Counted from the stretch's first letter, positions 9,627 to 19,040 are shown. The stretch: DNA of 64,000 bases from an uncultured Verrucomicrobiae bacterium (GCA_963828525.1 CAWHEP010000006.1:32001-96000), one strand, 5' to 3'. The notes: a model not told the origin generated them from the letters alone. Numbers and translations are program-made.

Positions 9627-9839
9627 TTAGAGCAAGTCCCGAAATTGCTCTGGCGTGAGTCCCGCAGCTTTTGCGATGGTTCCCATGGTGACGGCATTGA
9701 TGGGATTATGGCGGGGAATCACGAGGCGAACCTTGCCATTGGACATTACGATGTGCCCGCTTTCACGGGCAATCCGGTAGCCAAGTTTGGAGAAAACGCG
9801 CACGGCGTTTTTCTGGCTGACGCCCGGAATTTTAGGCAT
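9627..9839 (-). CDS. hicA: HicA family toxin
   Basis: MPKIPGVS...LGY.IARESGHIVM...VIPRH...TMGTIAKAAGLT.EQF. Confidence 0.88.
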   Translation of the reverse strand: MPKIPGVSQKNAVRVFSKLGYRIARESGHIVMSNGKVRLVIPRHNPINAVTMGTIAKAAGLTPEQFRDLL

Positions 9840-9843
9840 TGCC

Positions 9844-10059
9844 CTAGACCGTCACCACTTCACGAGAGAAATGAACGCCCTCGGCTTCCGTCTCGCGAAG
9901 GATGTCCTCCTCCTGCACTTCAAGCCACAGGGCAATCGCCTCGCGAATGTTTGCCAGAGCCTCCTCGCGCGTTGAACCTTGCGACCAGCAGCCAGGAAGC
10001 GCCGGGCATCCCACGGCAAAGCCTTCCTCGCTTTCGATCAACACGACGGGGTAAGTCAT
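9844..10059 (-). CDS. hicB: Short HicB family antitoxin
   Basis: YPVVL...EEGFAVGCPALPGCWSQGSTREEALANIREAIALWLE. Confidence 0.9.
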   Translation of the reverse strand: MTYPVVLIESEEGFAVGCPALPGCWSQGSTREEALANIREAIALWLEVQEEDILRETEAEGVHFSREVVTV

Positions 10060-10099
10060 ACGCGCAATCTACTGTATCACCGAGGATGAGCAATTGCTT

Positions 10100-11233
10100 T
10101 CAGGCTGGGGCTGAGATAGCGACTATGTTCTCGATGGCGGCAGGGCGGATTGTCCAATACCGCTCGGCATCCTTTGGTTTCACAAGCTGCCGGTAATGTT
10201 GAAAGACAAGATTTGCGTTTGTGTGCCCCAACTCCAAGGCAAGCAAGGCCGCGTCATTGAAATGGGCAAGGTTGTAGCTCGCAAAGCCGTGGCGAAGGGC
10301 GTTCTGCGGCCACTGGACGATACCAGCGGCCTTCCGCGCTTCGTCCATCAATTCACGGTAATTCAACGGTGTGACGGCCCCGGTTGCCTTGGCGGCCGGT
10401 CGCAGCCACCCAGCCAGGTTATCCCGAATTTTAACGAAACGCCGTCGTGCGCTCTTCGCCTTTTTTGCCTGCACCTCGATCAATCCGGCCTGCAAGTCGA
10501 TTTCGCTCCAATCCAGACGTTCCAGTTCGGCACGGCGCAGACCTGCAAACGCTCCGACTGTCAGGAATGGCAAGAGATCGTTCGGAGCGGCCTCCAACAA
10601 GCGGGCGGTCTGCCCAACGGTGAGGATTCCGACCGTCCCCTCGATTTCCTTTGCCTTCGCGCTTTTCGCCGCCGGATTCGCCAGGCAATAGCCACGGGAC
10701 ACCGCAAAATTGAAAGCAACGATCAGCACACGTCGGAAATTGTTTCGAGTCGTTGGCGATATTTCCAACGAGCGGAGCCATTCATCGACTTCCGTCGCCG
10801 TGAACCCCGAGACGCTCTTGTTTTCAAAGCTCGCCGCAAATTGCCCCAAGCGGCTCCGCAGATCGCCCAGGTAGCGCTCGCTGGCCCCGTCCCGCTTCTT
10901 TATGCTTAAAAGCTCATCGGTGAGCGCCTTGAACGTGCAGGTGCGGTTCATGGCTTGGAGGTGCGGCAGAATGAAATTCGCCGCGTCCAAAATTGTCTTC
11001 CCGAAGGGTGAGAGCAGGGCATCGGCTTTTCGCGCCATGACGCGCAATTCACTCGGAAAGTTGATCGACTCCGTGCCCTGGTTCAGCAACTCGGTGTTCT
11101 TCTGATGGGAGTAGGTTTCGGCTTCCCGCTTGGTTTCGAAAAACTTCCTCATCCACTTTCCGTTTTCCTTGCCGCGCACGAGGTATTTCAGCTTCGGATG
11201 CTTGTACGGTTTAACGCGAAAGGATGTCTTCAT
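10100..11233 (-). CDS. int: Tyrosine recombinase/integrase
   Basis: AGLRRAEL (Arg), KAKS (Lys), NALRH, LGH, HY (Tyr); N-terminal arm-binding-like segment; adjacent to att/tRNA. Confidence 0.95.
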   Translation of the reverse strand: MKTSFRVKPYKHPKLKYLVRGKENGKWMRKFFETKREAETYSHQKNTELLNQGTESINFPSELRVMARKADALLSPFGKTILDAANFILPHLQAMNRTCTFKALTDELLSIKKRDGASERYLGDLRSRLGQFAASFENKSVSGFTATEVDEWLRSLEISPTTRNNFRRVLIVAFNFAVSRGYCLANPAAKSAKAKEIEGTVGILTVGQTARLLEAAPNDLLPFLTVGAFAGLRRAELERLDWSEIDLQAGLIEVQAKKAKSARRRFVKIRDNLAGWLRPAAKATGAVTPLNYRELMDEARKAAGIVQWPQNALRHGFASYNLAHFNDAALLALELGHTNANLVFQHYRQLVKPKDAERYWTIRPAAIENIVAISAPA

Positions 11234-11242
11234 GTGAAAAGC

Positions 11243-11265
11243 ATTGCTCTTTTGTTGCTACTTTT
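11243..11265. promoter_or_regulatory. Putative integrase arm-type binding sites (right end)
   Basis: Tandem TTGCTCTTTTG/TTGCTACTTTT, 10 bp upstream of the int start codon. Confidence 0.65.
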
Positions 11266-11379
11266 CAAGCGAAAGTGCGTGTTTTCGTGAATGTATGCGT
11301 TTGTATGTGTCAGGTGTATTCTGAATCCTGAACGGACTGTATCTCTCTCATTCAGAAGGAATAACACGATTCACAGAAG

Positions 11380-11464
11380 TGCCGATGGCGGGACTCGAAC
11401 CCGCACTCCGCTTTCGCGAAAACGGATTTTAAGTCCGTTGCGTCTGCCATTCCGCCACATCGGC
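11380..11464 (-). tRNA. tRNA-Leu(UAA)
   Basis: GCCGATGTGGCGGAATGGCAGACGCAACGGACTTAAAATCCGT...GGTTCGAGTCCCGCCATCGGCA; long variable arm; CCA not encoded. Confidence 0.97.
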
Positions 11465-11728
11465 ATCACTTTTGTCTCTGTGGCACTCTCGCGTTGTCCC
11501 TTTGCCGGAAACGCGCAGCTCGTCAAAGCACCTGCACAGACTACGTCACACCCACCGTTCTACCATTGCGCGTGGCGCTCGCAACCCGAAAGTCCTTCGG
11601 AAGCCTTTGGAGCGGCACTGCGGAGCCAACCCGCTGGGCCTCGTTTCTTACGCCGCGCGCGAGTTGCTTTCCGGCGCTCTTCATCCGGCCTGCTGGGGTG
11701 AGCTGGCGCATGAAAGTACCGCCTATCT

Positions 11729-12589
11729 CTAATGAACGTCCGCCTTCGGCGCGTCTTCCGTCCATGGAGGCCGTCGCCCATTCCAGTGCAGAATGTTCGC
11801 GTAAGGCACTGCTGCTCTGACAGCCTCTAAGAAGCCATCGTCCCAGAGTATTGGCCGCTCCGCGATCTCGGTATGATCAGCGCACAGGTTCCACTTATTA
11901 GATCGGGCGACGCGATCCTCCAGCCCGCAACTCTGGATCGCCCAGATCAATGCTCCCTGATCATGCCAGGAGATGGCCTGCCGCGCATCTGGATCGTTGA
12001 TCGCGCGCGCGACCGGCTCTATATACGCCTCTATCGCGGCTGCGTCCCTGTCTCTCCGCCAGCCAGACACGCCCGCGTTTATCACGGGCACCAGCGGATC
12101 AAACGAACGGTGTATAGGAAGCAAATCGTATAGCGTCGGGTGATTCGCTGTGAGATGCGGCGCTTTGTTCTCCGGTGTGAAGAATGGCCCGGTTGCGATG
12201 ATCTCGAACAACTCAGGCAGATTCCGCAGGACGACAATATCGCAGTCCATCCAGATCACATCCCGGAAGGGCGCGTGCTTGATCAGGAGTGGACAAATCC
12301 AAAGCGGCCAGACGCGCTTGTTTGGTTTCGCCAATGGCGGCGTCAGACTCATGACTGATCGGATGCGGTTGATCATCGGATCATCAGGGAGCGGCAGGAG
12401 CCGAAGGTTTTGCCTCTTTGCGGCTTCCTCTTTCTGGACAGATGACAAACCGAGGTCGTAGCAGGCTACGATACAAGGACAGCATTCCTGCGCCGATCTA
12501 TGCAGCATCAGCAGCCCTTCAAAATAGTTTTCGTCCGCGAGCGTGATGATCGCGACGTCCCCAGACACTTCAGAGGTCGCGGCCGCCAT
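11729..12589 (-). CDS. GT-A glycosyltransferase (GT8/GT77-like)
   Basis: IWMDCDIVV DxD motif, INAGV, HDQGAL, ILHWNG. Confidence 0.75.
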   Translation of the reverse strand: MAAATSEVSGDVAIITLADENYFEGLLMLHRSAQECCPCIVACYDLGLSSVQKEEAAKRQNLRLLPLPDDPMINRIRSVMSLTPPLAKPNKRVWPLWICPLLIKHAPFRDVIWMDCDIVVLRNLPELFEIIATGPFFTPENKAPHLTANHPTLYDLLPIHRSFDPLVPVINAGVSGWRRDRDAAAIEAYIEPVARAINDPDARQAISWHDQGALIWAIQSCGLEDRVARSNKWNLCADHTEIAERPILWDDGFLEAVRAAVPYANILHWNGRRPPWTEDAPKADVH

Positions 12590-12592
12590 TTG

Positions 12593-13435
12593 TCAGGATA
12601 TTGCGAGTTCCTTGCTCAAGATTTCGGCCAGGGTCCGGTCTTTCACCAGAGTGCCGCTTCTCAAGCCCCTGTCAGCGCGCTCCGGCGTGACAATCATTTG
12701 ATTGTAGTAGTCCCTAAGACCACCTGCTTGCCATAGCGCGTGTAGCTGACGCCAGGTCTGACCCACGTCGACTGACAATTGCCTGTTTCGCGCGTAGGCC
12801 GCTCCGCCTTTGACAATTTTATTCTCAAATTGCGGATACGACCGCGCTGGATAGTGGAGGATTCTCAATATGCCGCGCGCGCCCTCCAGGAAGGCGCCTC
12901 GTCTTCGCACCGCGTGATTGCCTTGATCGATCTCAACGTCCCCGGCGGCCCGGTGGCACGTCTTCGGCGGCAAGGCCTGACCCATCGCGTTGTATGAGAA
13001 CCGCTCCCGCAGGGTCATTCGTTCCGCGAAGCAGCCGGCTCCATACTCGTCGACCGGAGGAAAGTTCGATCTTTCTACAACCACACAGGGCACTTGCGGG
13101 TCCAGCGATGACAGGTCTGCCTTCGCTCCTCCGGACGAATTGCCGATCCAGAATTCATCAGCGTCGCTGTTGATGACCCAATCCGCTCCGTAGCGGGTGG
13201 CGGCCAGTCGCGCCATCTCCGTGACCCATCGCGCTTGCGAAAAATCGTCGTCGGGCTGATCCAGGCGCGCGGCAACGCCGCTCCGAACGTATTCCTCGAT
13301 GATATCCCGCGTCCCATCCACCGACAGATTGTCCATTACAATGAAGAAGTCCACCCCCTGGCGCAAATGGCATTCAAAATTCGCGCGCAGGACGTCTTCC
13401 TCGTCGCGCACAAGCAGCGTCATTACTAACTTCAT
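12593..13435 (-). CDS. Glycosyltransferase family 2-like protein
   Basis: TLLVRDEED, MDNLSVDGT, WVINSDADEFW, LHY..RSY.QF..K. Confidence 0.85.
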   Translation of the reverse strand: MKLVMTLLVRDEEDVLRANFECHLRQGVDFFIVMDNLSVDGTRDIIEEYVRSGVAARLDQPDDDFSQARWVTEMARLAATRYGADWVINSDADEFWIGNSSGGAKADLSSLDPQVPCVVVERSNFPPVDEYGAGCFAERMTLRERFSYNAMGQALPPKTCHRAAGDVEIDQGNHAVRRRGAFLEGARGILRILHYPARSYPQFENKIVKGGAAYARNRQLSVDVGQTWRQLHALWQAGGLRDYYNQMIVTPERADRGLRSGTLVKDRTLAEILSKELAIS

Positions 13436-14475
13436 CGTTTGATCTCGTGTGCCCGGGCGGCGCGCGGGAATGTCCGGGAAAGCCACGCGCGCGCGCATTC
13501 CAGGCTCCTCTTCATCTCATTCGACTCGGCAGCCATTCGCGGACGGAAGAGCGCCACTGTAATGGGTATCAGGCCGACGTAGCGGAGGTCTTTGGCTGTG
13601 GCATCCAGAGCCACCATGAGCGGTCCCCACACTTTGTAGAACCCTTCGTCAACAAAGGGGAGGTAGCGCTCGCCACTTTTCGTGAATACCACCACCGGAA
13701 ACGCGTTCAACGCGGATTTTGCAAGCTCGTACAAAATATATACTGCAGCCACAGCTACAAACGGGCTGCCTACATCACACTGGCTGATGAAGGCGGCAAA
13801 CGCCGCGATCTCCAACGGCAGGATGACGTATTTCACCCAGAGAACGAGTCGTCGATGCCCCAGGGCATGCACTACGGTCACCAGCCCCGCAGCGCGGTCG
13901 TGCTCCTCGCTTTGAAGTTGATGGGACAAAATCCCGCGCAAACCCGTCATCAGAGACCATAGGGCCGCCGCGATGACGATGAGGGCATCCGGAGAGCGGA
14001 GGCCCTGATGGAATAGAATAAGGAGGGCCAGCATCGCAGGATACACGTGGGCCGCAGAAGCGTCACAAAGTATGCCCGGCCAACCCCTGTTCTTAAGCCG
14101 CAGCGGGGGGATTGAATAGGCGAGTGGGATAAGCAGTTCGCCCGCAGTGAGAAGCGCGCCGGCCGTTCCCCCGGCCGCGCTTGCGAGCAGAAGAGCTGTT
14201 GCGGCAGATAGACCGATGATGAGCCACATTCGGCGCGGGCCCGCCTGTTGGGCCGCATTTGTCCGTTGGCCACGCCTGTCTTCGTCAACGTCGAATAACT
14301 CATTCAGCGCGTAACCATAGTTCGCAACGCAACTGACAGCGCAGACCAATGCTGCAAAGGAGAGAAAGGCTGAAAGCGTCAAAGGCCGGCCATCCAGCAG
14401 CAAAAGGCCAGTCAGGACGGACAAGGGGACTTTGTTGAGCCACCAGGCGCGGGGCCGTATCAGGATCATCATCAT
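13432..14475 (-). CDS. UbiA family prenyltransferase
   Basis: NELFDVDEDRR acidic motif, YSIPPLRLK, DRAAGLVT; multiple TM helices. Confidence 0.85.
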   Translation of the reverse strand: MMMILIRPRAWWLNKVPLSVLTGLLLLDGRPLTLSAFLSFAALVCAVSCVANYGYALNELFDVDEDRRGQRTNAAQQAGPRRMWLIIGLSAATALLLASAAGGTAGALLTAGELLIPLAYSIPPLRLKNRGWPGILCDASAAHVYPAMLALLILFHQGLRSPDALIVIAAALWSLMTGLRGILSHQLQSEEHDRAAGLVTVVHALGHRRLVLWVKYVILPLEIAAFAAFISQCDVGSPFVAVAAVYILYELAKSALNAFPVVVFTKSGERYLPFVDEGFYKVWGPLMVALDATAKDLRYVGLIPITVALFRPRMAAESNEMKRSLECARAWLSRTFPRAARAHEIKR

Positions 14476-14531
14476 CCTCCCGCGTGGCAGGGCACTCAAT
14501 TACGCCCCAGCCGATCTCGAATTCAAGTGTT

Positions 14532-15035
14532 TTAGGAAGCGCCGATCTTCAAACGATCATCTTCCGCCAGCAACTCGTCCAGGCAGGTCCAACCGGTGTC
14601 ATCCAGCGCCTGAAAGGATTGCAGATAGATTGCCACAAGCGTCCTGTCGTATTTGGCGAGGAGCTTTTCGACCGCGGCCCTCAGCGCTTCCTTGTCAGGG
14701 GCGGGTGGCAAATTTTCCACTGTGCCCTTTTCATCATGGGCAATACTCAGGCTGTCCAGGAAATCACAAAGCAGGTTTGAATGCGCTCCCACGAGCCACG
14801 TCTGGAGCAAATGCGCGCAGATCGGACTGCTCGCCTTCTTGGAGAGCACATCCCGCATCCACGCGTGACGCTCCGCGGGCGTTTTTCGCGTCACAAATAC
14901 AGCTCGCAGGTTCCTCTGTTTCGCGAGGGACTCTATTGTCGCTCTGTAAAGATCCTTATCCGACGCGAGGAGATAAGCGAAGATGGGTTCCGCCTGCGCG
15001 GGGGCGAGTTGGCAGAAGATTTCAAATGGCTTCAT
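14532..15035 (-). CDS. Hypothetical protein
   Basis: Clean 167-aa ORF co-oriented with its neighbours (LCDFLDSL.I.HDEKG.VENLP). Confidence 0.7.
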   Translation of the reverse strand: MKPFEIFCQLAPAQAEPIFAYLLASDKDLYRATIESLAKQRNLRAVFVTRKTPAERHAWMRDVLSKKASSPICAHLLQTWLVGAHSNLLCDFLDSLSIAHDEKGTVENLPPAPDKEALRAAVEKLLAKYDRTLVAIYLQSFQALDDTGWTCLDELLAEDDRLKIGAS

Positions 15036-15114
15036 TGGAGCGCGCCACCGTACCGATCACCGATTCGGGTCGCAAGAAGATTGTAAGTTTCCGAACCGCA
15101 GCTCTTTGCGGGAG

Positions 15115-18100
15115 TCAGCCTCCTTTGACGCTGCCGCTTGCTTCGGGCACCGGAATGTTGTGCTTCGAGCACCACTGGATGGCAGGCCGGTAGCCGGATG
15201 CCGCCGCGCGTTTGTAGAGCGCGACCGATTCGTCCGCGTCCGCTGGCACTCCCACTCCGGACTCAAGGCAGCGCGCGTAGTAGAAAGTGCAGGCCGCGCT
15301 GCCATTTTTAATGCCCTCCTGGAACAATCCCGCCGCTTTCTCGGCGGCTTTCGCCGGGTCTTTCAGCGGCCCGTCGCCGTTGATGTAAAGCGCGCCAAGG
15401 TTTGCGAGCGAGTCCCAGTAGTGAAGCCCCGCCGCCTGGCTATATAGGCGGAACGCTTCGGCGACGTCTTTCCGCAACCCGCCTCGCCCGTGCGCGTAAC
15501 ACGTTCCCAGCAAATCCATCGCTCTCGGCTCTCCGCCGACAGACGCCTGTTTGAGGAGATCGACCGCTCGGGGTTCGTCCGGCGCAAGGCCGCGACCATA
15601 TAGCAGGCACTCCGCCAGGCAATACCGCCCGACCATGTCGTCCTTGTCGCTGGCCTGTTGAAACCACCCCGCCGCCTTCGCATAATCCCTGGCGACTCCC
15701 GACCCGTTCGAATACATCAGTCCCGTTTGAGTCATCGCCTGCGCCTGCCCTTTTTCCGCGGCGGCCAGATACCAGGTGAACGCGGTCGCTGGTTCTTCTT
15801 TGCGAAGGCGGCTTCCAAGCAACATCATCGCCGATACGATGTCGAGTTTCGCCGCCTCGATGAGCGGACGCCGAAGCGCTTCAAAGTCCATCGCCTGGAT
15901 TGCCTCTGGATGCGAGCGAAAGTGATCCAGAACCAGTGCCAGCCTCACCCGCCCGGTGTCGGACTCTGGGAAATCGCGGGCCGCTTTCAGGTATGCTTCC
16001 AGACATTCCGGCCAATTCCCGGCCTCTTCAAATTGCTCCGCGGTCGCGATCTGCTTCGCGAGCAGTTGCTGCCGCGTGGGCGCCTGCGGAAGAGCAGGCG
16101 AGGGGGTTGATACCCGAATCGCGACCTCCGCGGTCGGCTGTGGCGTCACCGCTGGCAGCGGCGTCCCGCGCTCGACAGCCGGAGCGGACGGCGCGGGCAT
16201 TACGGATGGTGTGGGCGAAACCTCCACCGCTCTTGGAGCAGATGTTGCAACGAGGGGTTGCTTCGTGGTTCGCGGCATCAGGTAGAACGCGACCGCTCCC
16301 GCGGCGGCTGCCGCCACAACGCAGGGCGCCAGCCATGGGCGCCCGCGACCGCCCCCGCTTGATACCGGCTCGCGAGCCGCCACCGTCGCATGGGTGGATG
16401 CGGAGTGAACGCTCGTTCCCGGGCTCCGAGCGGTTACAATCCGCGCCTCCGGCCTCCGGCCTTCTGCTTTCTCCAGCCGATCCAGCGCCTCAAACAGCGC
16501 CTGCGCGGAGGCAAACGCTGCCGGCTGCTCCATCGCGCGCCTCAATATCTGGTTTCCTTCCTCCGAAAGATTCGCGAGAGGGGTATAAGCAGCCGCTGCT
16601 CCCGGTAATCGAGCGGCTGCGGTACCGCCTAGGAGTTCGCGCGCGATCGTCCCGAGCACTTGCGCCGTGCTCGGCGCGCCAGCTCCCCCGGAAGACGGGC
16701 GCGCCGGGGCATCTCCCGACATCGTTTGCCCGCCCTGCCAGGTGGCTCCCAGGGACGTTTCACAATCCAGCCGGAGCGGATTCAGCTTTAAAACGAAGGG
16801 GGGCCACTCATACACAGGTGTTTGGAGGAGATCCTCTTCTCCCCCGGGGAAGTGCAAAAACATTTGCGCGAGCGACATGTCCAAATCACCCAGTCCGGCC
16901 GTCGCAGCGTAGTCCGCTCCCGTCGCGGCCTGCTTTAGCAGAAGGAGCGTCTCGGTCTGGCTAAGTTCCCTTCTGTTCCGCAGCAGCTCCAGCACGGAAA
17001 ACCCCCGCGTCCACTCCGAGATGAGAAGGCTGAGAGTCTCCAGCCGTTCCAAAGAAAAGATGCGCGTGAGGTTCGGATGCTCGATCTGTCTGGCGCGCTC
17101 CACCGCCTGCTCGATCCGCGTATACGCTGCGGAACTACCGATGAACTCCTCGCTCAACACCGTGACCCTAACTTCCATCCCCGAAGCAAGCTGTCTCGCG
17201 TGGTAGCTCATGCCAAGGCTGCCTTCACCCGCCTCGGAGATGATTTCGTATCGATCCGCAAGCGCGCTCCCAGGTTTGAGCAAGGGGCCCTGCGACTGCG
17301 GGTCGGACTCCATCGGCGCGCCGCCTCCCGACAGCGTCTGGATGCAGGCGTCCAGCTCTTTGCGGAGAACGGCAGGTGTTTCAGGCCGGTTGGCGGGAGA
17401 TTTCTCGAGCATCCGCGCCAGCACGGCGATCAGGGGCGAGGGCAGCCGTCCCAACTGCTCGATGGGAAGGGGTTTATGGAGATGCTGGCTCGTCACCTGC
17501 CCCAGTGAGCCCGAAAACGGAGTCCTTCCCGTCACCATGTACCAGAGCGTTATCCCGAGAGAGTAGATGTCCGAGCGGGTATCAACCTCGCTGTTTGTCA
17601 GTTGCTCCGGGCTCGCGAAGTACGGCGTGCCCACAAAGCCGCTGGCATTCACTTCGCTCGCGTCCGCCTTGTCGGAAATCGCCAAGCCGAAATCGATTAC
17701 CTTCGCGCAAACCTCCTCGTCCTCCCGTACCAGCATCAGATTTGCCGGCTTCAAGTCGCGATGCACAAGATTCAGCCGCTGGGCCGCGCCCAAAGCGCGG
17801 GCGACCTGCGTCGTGATTTGCAGCGCCAGCAGCGGGGCCAGCGCTCCCTGCCGTCGGACGAGAGCTTCCACCGTCTCTCCGTCGATGAACTCCATTACAT
17901 AAAAATAGGTGTCGTTCTCGATCCCGAGGTGGAACACGGACGCCACATGCGGATGCCTCAACTGGGCCGCCGACCGCGCCTCCCGGACAAACCGTTCCCG
18001 AGCGATCTCGCTATCCAGGTTTGCGCCGTTTATGACTTTCAGCGCCACCGGTATCCGCAACGTGGTATCGAACGCCTTGTAGGTGATTCCCATCGCGCCC

Positions 18101-18174
18101 CTTCCGAGTTCGAACGGAGACGCGTCCTCCCGAGTCAGGATTTCGTAGTTGTCGAATTTCGAAGGGATCGGCAT
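15115..18174 (-). CDS. Ser/Thr protein kinase with second degenerate kinase domain, TM helix and Sel1-like repeats
   Basis: LGRGAMG, VALK, HRDLKPAN, DFGLA, SDIYSLG; second lobe lacks HRD/DFG; C-terminal A..W...AA..G...A...LG repeats. Confidence 0.9.
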   Translation of the reverse strand: MPIPSKFDNYEILTREDASPFELGRGAMGITYKAFDTTLRIPVALKVINGANLDSEIARERFVREARSAAQLRHPHVASVFHLGIENDTYFYVMEFIDGETVEALVRRQGALAPLLALQITTQVARALGAAQRLNLVHRDLKPANLMLVREDEEVCAKVIDFGLAISDKADASEVNASGFVGTPYFASPEQLTNSEVDTRSDIYSLGITLWYMVTGRTPFSGSLGQVTSQHLHKPLPIEQLGRLPSPLIAVLARMLEKSPANRPETPAVLRKELDACIQTLSGGGAPMESDPQSQGPLLKPGSALADRYEIISEAGEGSLGMSYHARQLASGMEVRVTVLSEEFIGSSAAYTRIEQAVERARQIEHPNLTRIFSLERLETLSLLISEWTRGFSVLELLRNRRELSQTETLLLLKQAATGADYAATAGLGDLDMSLAQMFLHFPGGEEDLLQTPVYEWPPFVLKLNPLRLDCETSLGATWQGGQTMSGDAPARPSSGGAGAPSTAQVLGTIARELLGGTAAARLPGAAAAYTPLANLSEEGNQILRRAMEQPAAFASAQALFEALDRLEKAEGRRPEARIVTARSPGTSVHSASTHATVAAREPVSSGGGRGRPWLAPCVVAAAAAGAVAFYLMPRTTKQPLVATSAPRAVEVSPTPSVMPAPSAPAVERGTPLPAVTPQPTAEVAIRVSTPSPALPQAPTRQQLLAKQIATAEQFEEAGNWPECLEAYLKAARDFPESDTGRVRLALVLDHFRSHPEAIQAMDFEALRRPLIEAAKLDIVSAMMLLGSRLRKEEPATAFTWYLAAAEKGQAQAMTQTGLMYSNGSGVARDYAKAAGWFQQASDKDDMVGRYCLAECLLYGRGLAPDEPRAVDLLKQASVGGEPRAMDLLGTCYAHGRGGLRKDVAEAFRLYSQAAGLHYWDSLANLGALYINGDGPLKDPAKAAEKAAGLFQEGIKNGSAACTFYYARCLESGVGVPADADESVALYKRAAASGYRPAIQWCSKHNIPVPEASGSVKGG

Positions 18175-18239
18175 TCCGTCAAAGCCGAGACAATACAAGG
18201 AACGGTCTCTTGCTCACAAGACAAGTCGCCCCGCCATTC

Positions 18240-19040
18240 CTACCGTTGCTTCACCGCCGCGATCAGAGGTCGCGCGAAGTCCGCAACCGCTTCCAGCAGC
18301 CTGCCATCGCGCCCGTGCTCGCCGATCCTTTTTACAATAGCGCTTCCGACCACCACCGCGTCCGCGCATCGCGCCACCTGAGCTGCCTGCGCCGGCGTGG
18401 AAATCCCAAAACCCACAGCGATCGGGAGGCTCGTTGCTTGCCGGATCAATCCCACCTGCTCCTCCAGCGTGGCCGCGACCGTCGTCTGTTCTCCTGTAAC
18501 CCCTTCCCGCGACACGTAGTAAATAAACCCGCCCGCCTGCGCGGCGATGGTCGCTATGCGGATTTTTGGAGTCGTTGGAGCGATCAGGCGTATGTGCTTC
18601 AGCGTCACGGGCGGTTCGCCGATCTCTTCGTCCGGCGGCAGGTCAAGGATCAGCACTCCATCCACGCCGGCCTCCTCCGCCTCGCGGTGGAATCTCTCAA
18701 ATCCAAAGCTGCAGAGCGGATTCATGTATGTGTAAAGGACGATCGGAACCTGCGATTCCAGCCGGATCGAGCTTACGCATTGCAGAACACGTTCCAGCGT
18801 AGTCCCCGCGTCCAGCCCGCGCTGCGCCGCCATCTGATTAACGATGCCATCAGCGAGGGGATCTGAGAACGGAACCCCGAGTTCGATGATATCAGTCCCG
18901 CAGCGCTCGAGTGTCAGTGCCAAGGCCTTTGTGGCGTCCAGATCTGGATCCCCGGCGCCAATGTAGGCGATAAACGCCTTCTCAGCCTTGCCACGCAATC
19001 GCGCGAAGGTCTCATCAATCCTTTGACGGGAAATAGCCAC
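18240..19040 (-). CDS. trpA: Tryptophan synthase alpha chain
   Basis: ELGVPFSDPLADG, YYVSREGVTG, VGFGIS, VVVGSAIV. Confidence 0.96.
   Translation of the reverse strand: MAISRQRIDETFARLRGKAEKAFIAYIGAGDPDLDATKALALTLERCGTDIIELGVPFSDPLADGIVNQMAAQRGLDAGTTLERVLQCVSSIRLESQVPIVLYTYMNPLCSFGFERFHREAEEAGVDGVLILDLPPDEEIGEPPVTLKHIRLIAPTTPKIRIATIAAQAGGFIYYVSREGVTGEQTTVAATLEEQVGLIRQATSLPIAVGFGISTPAQAAQVARCADAVVVGSAIVKRIGEHGRDGRLLEAVADFARPLIAAVKQR

Larger units (their letters stand above)
6451..11437 (-). mobile_element. Integrated ~4.9-kb rolling-circle element (int, hicBA, xis, ssb-like, HUH rep, NYN, GYF/TM2) in tRNA-Leu
   Basis: 58-bp direct repeats at both ends, tyrosine integrase next to the intact tRNA, all genes on the minus strand. 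Confidence 0.93.

Noticed and set aside
6451..11437. Complete inovirus or tailed prophage
   Set aside because: No Walker-motif Zot/pI ATPase, no run of small coat-like TM genes, no terminase, portal or capsid between the att sites
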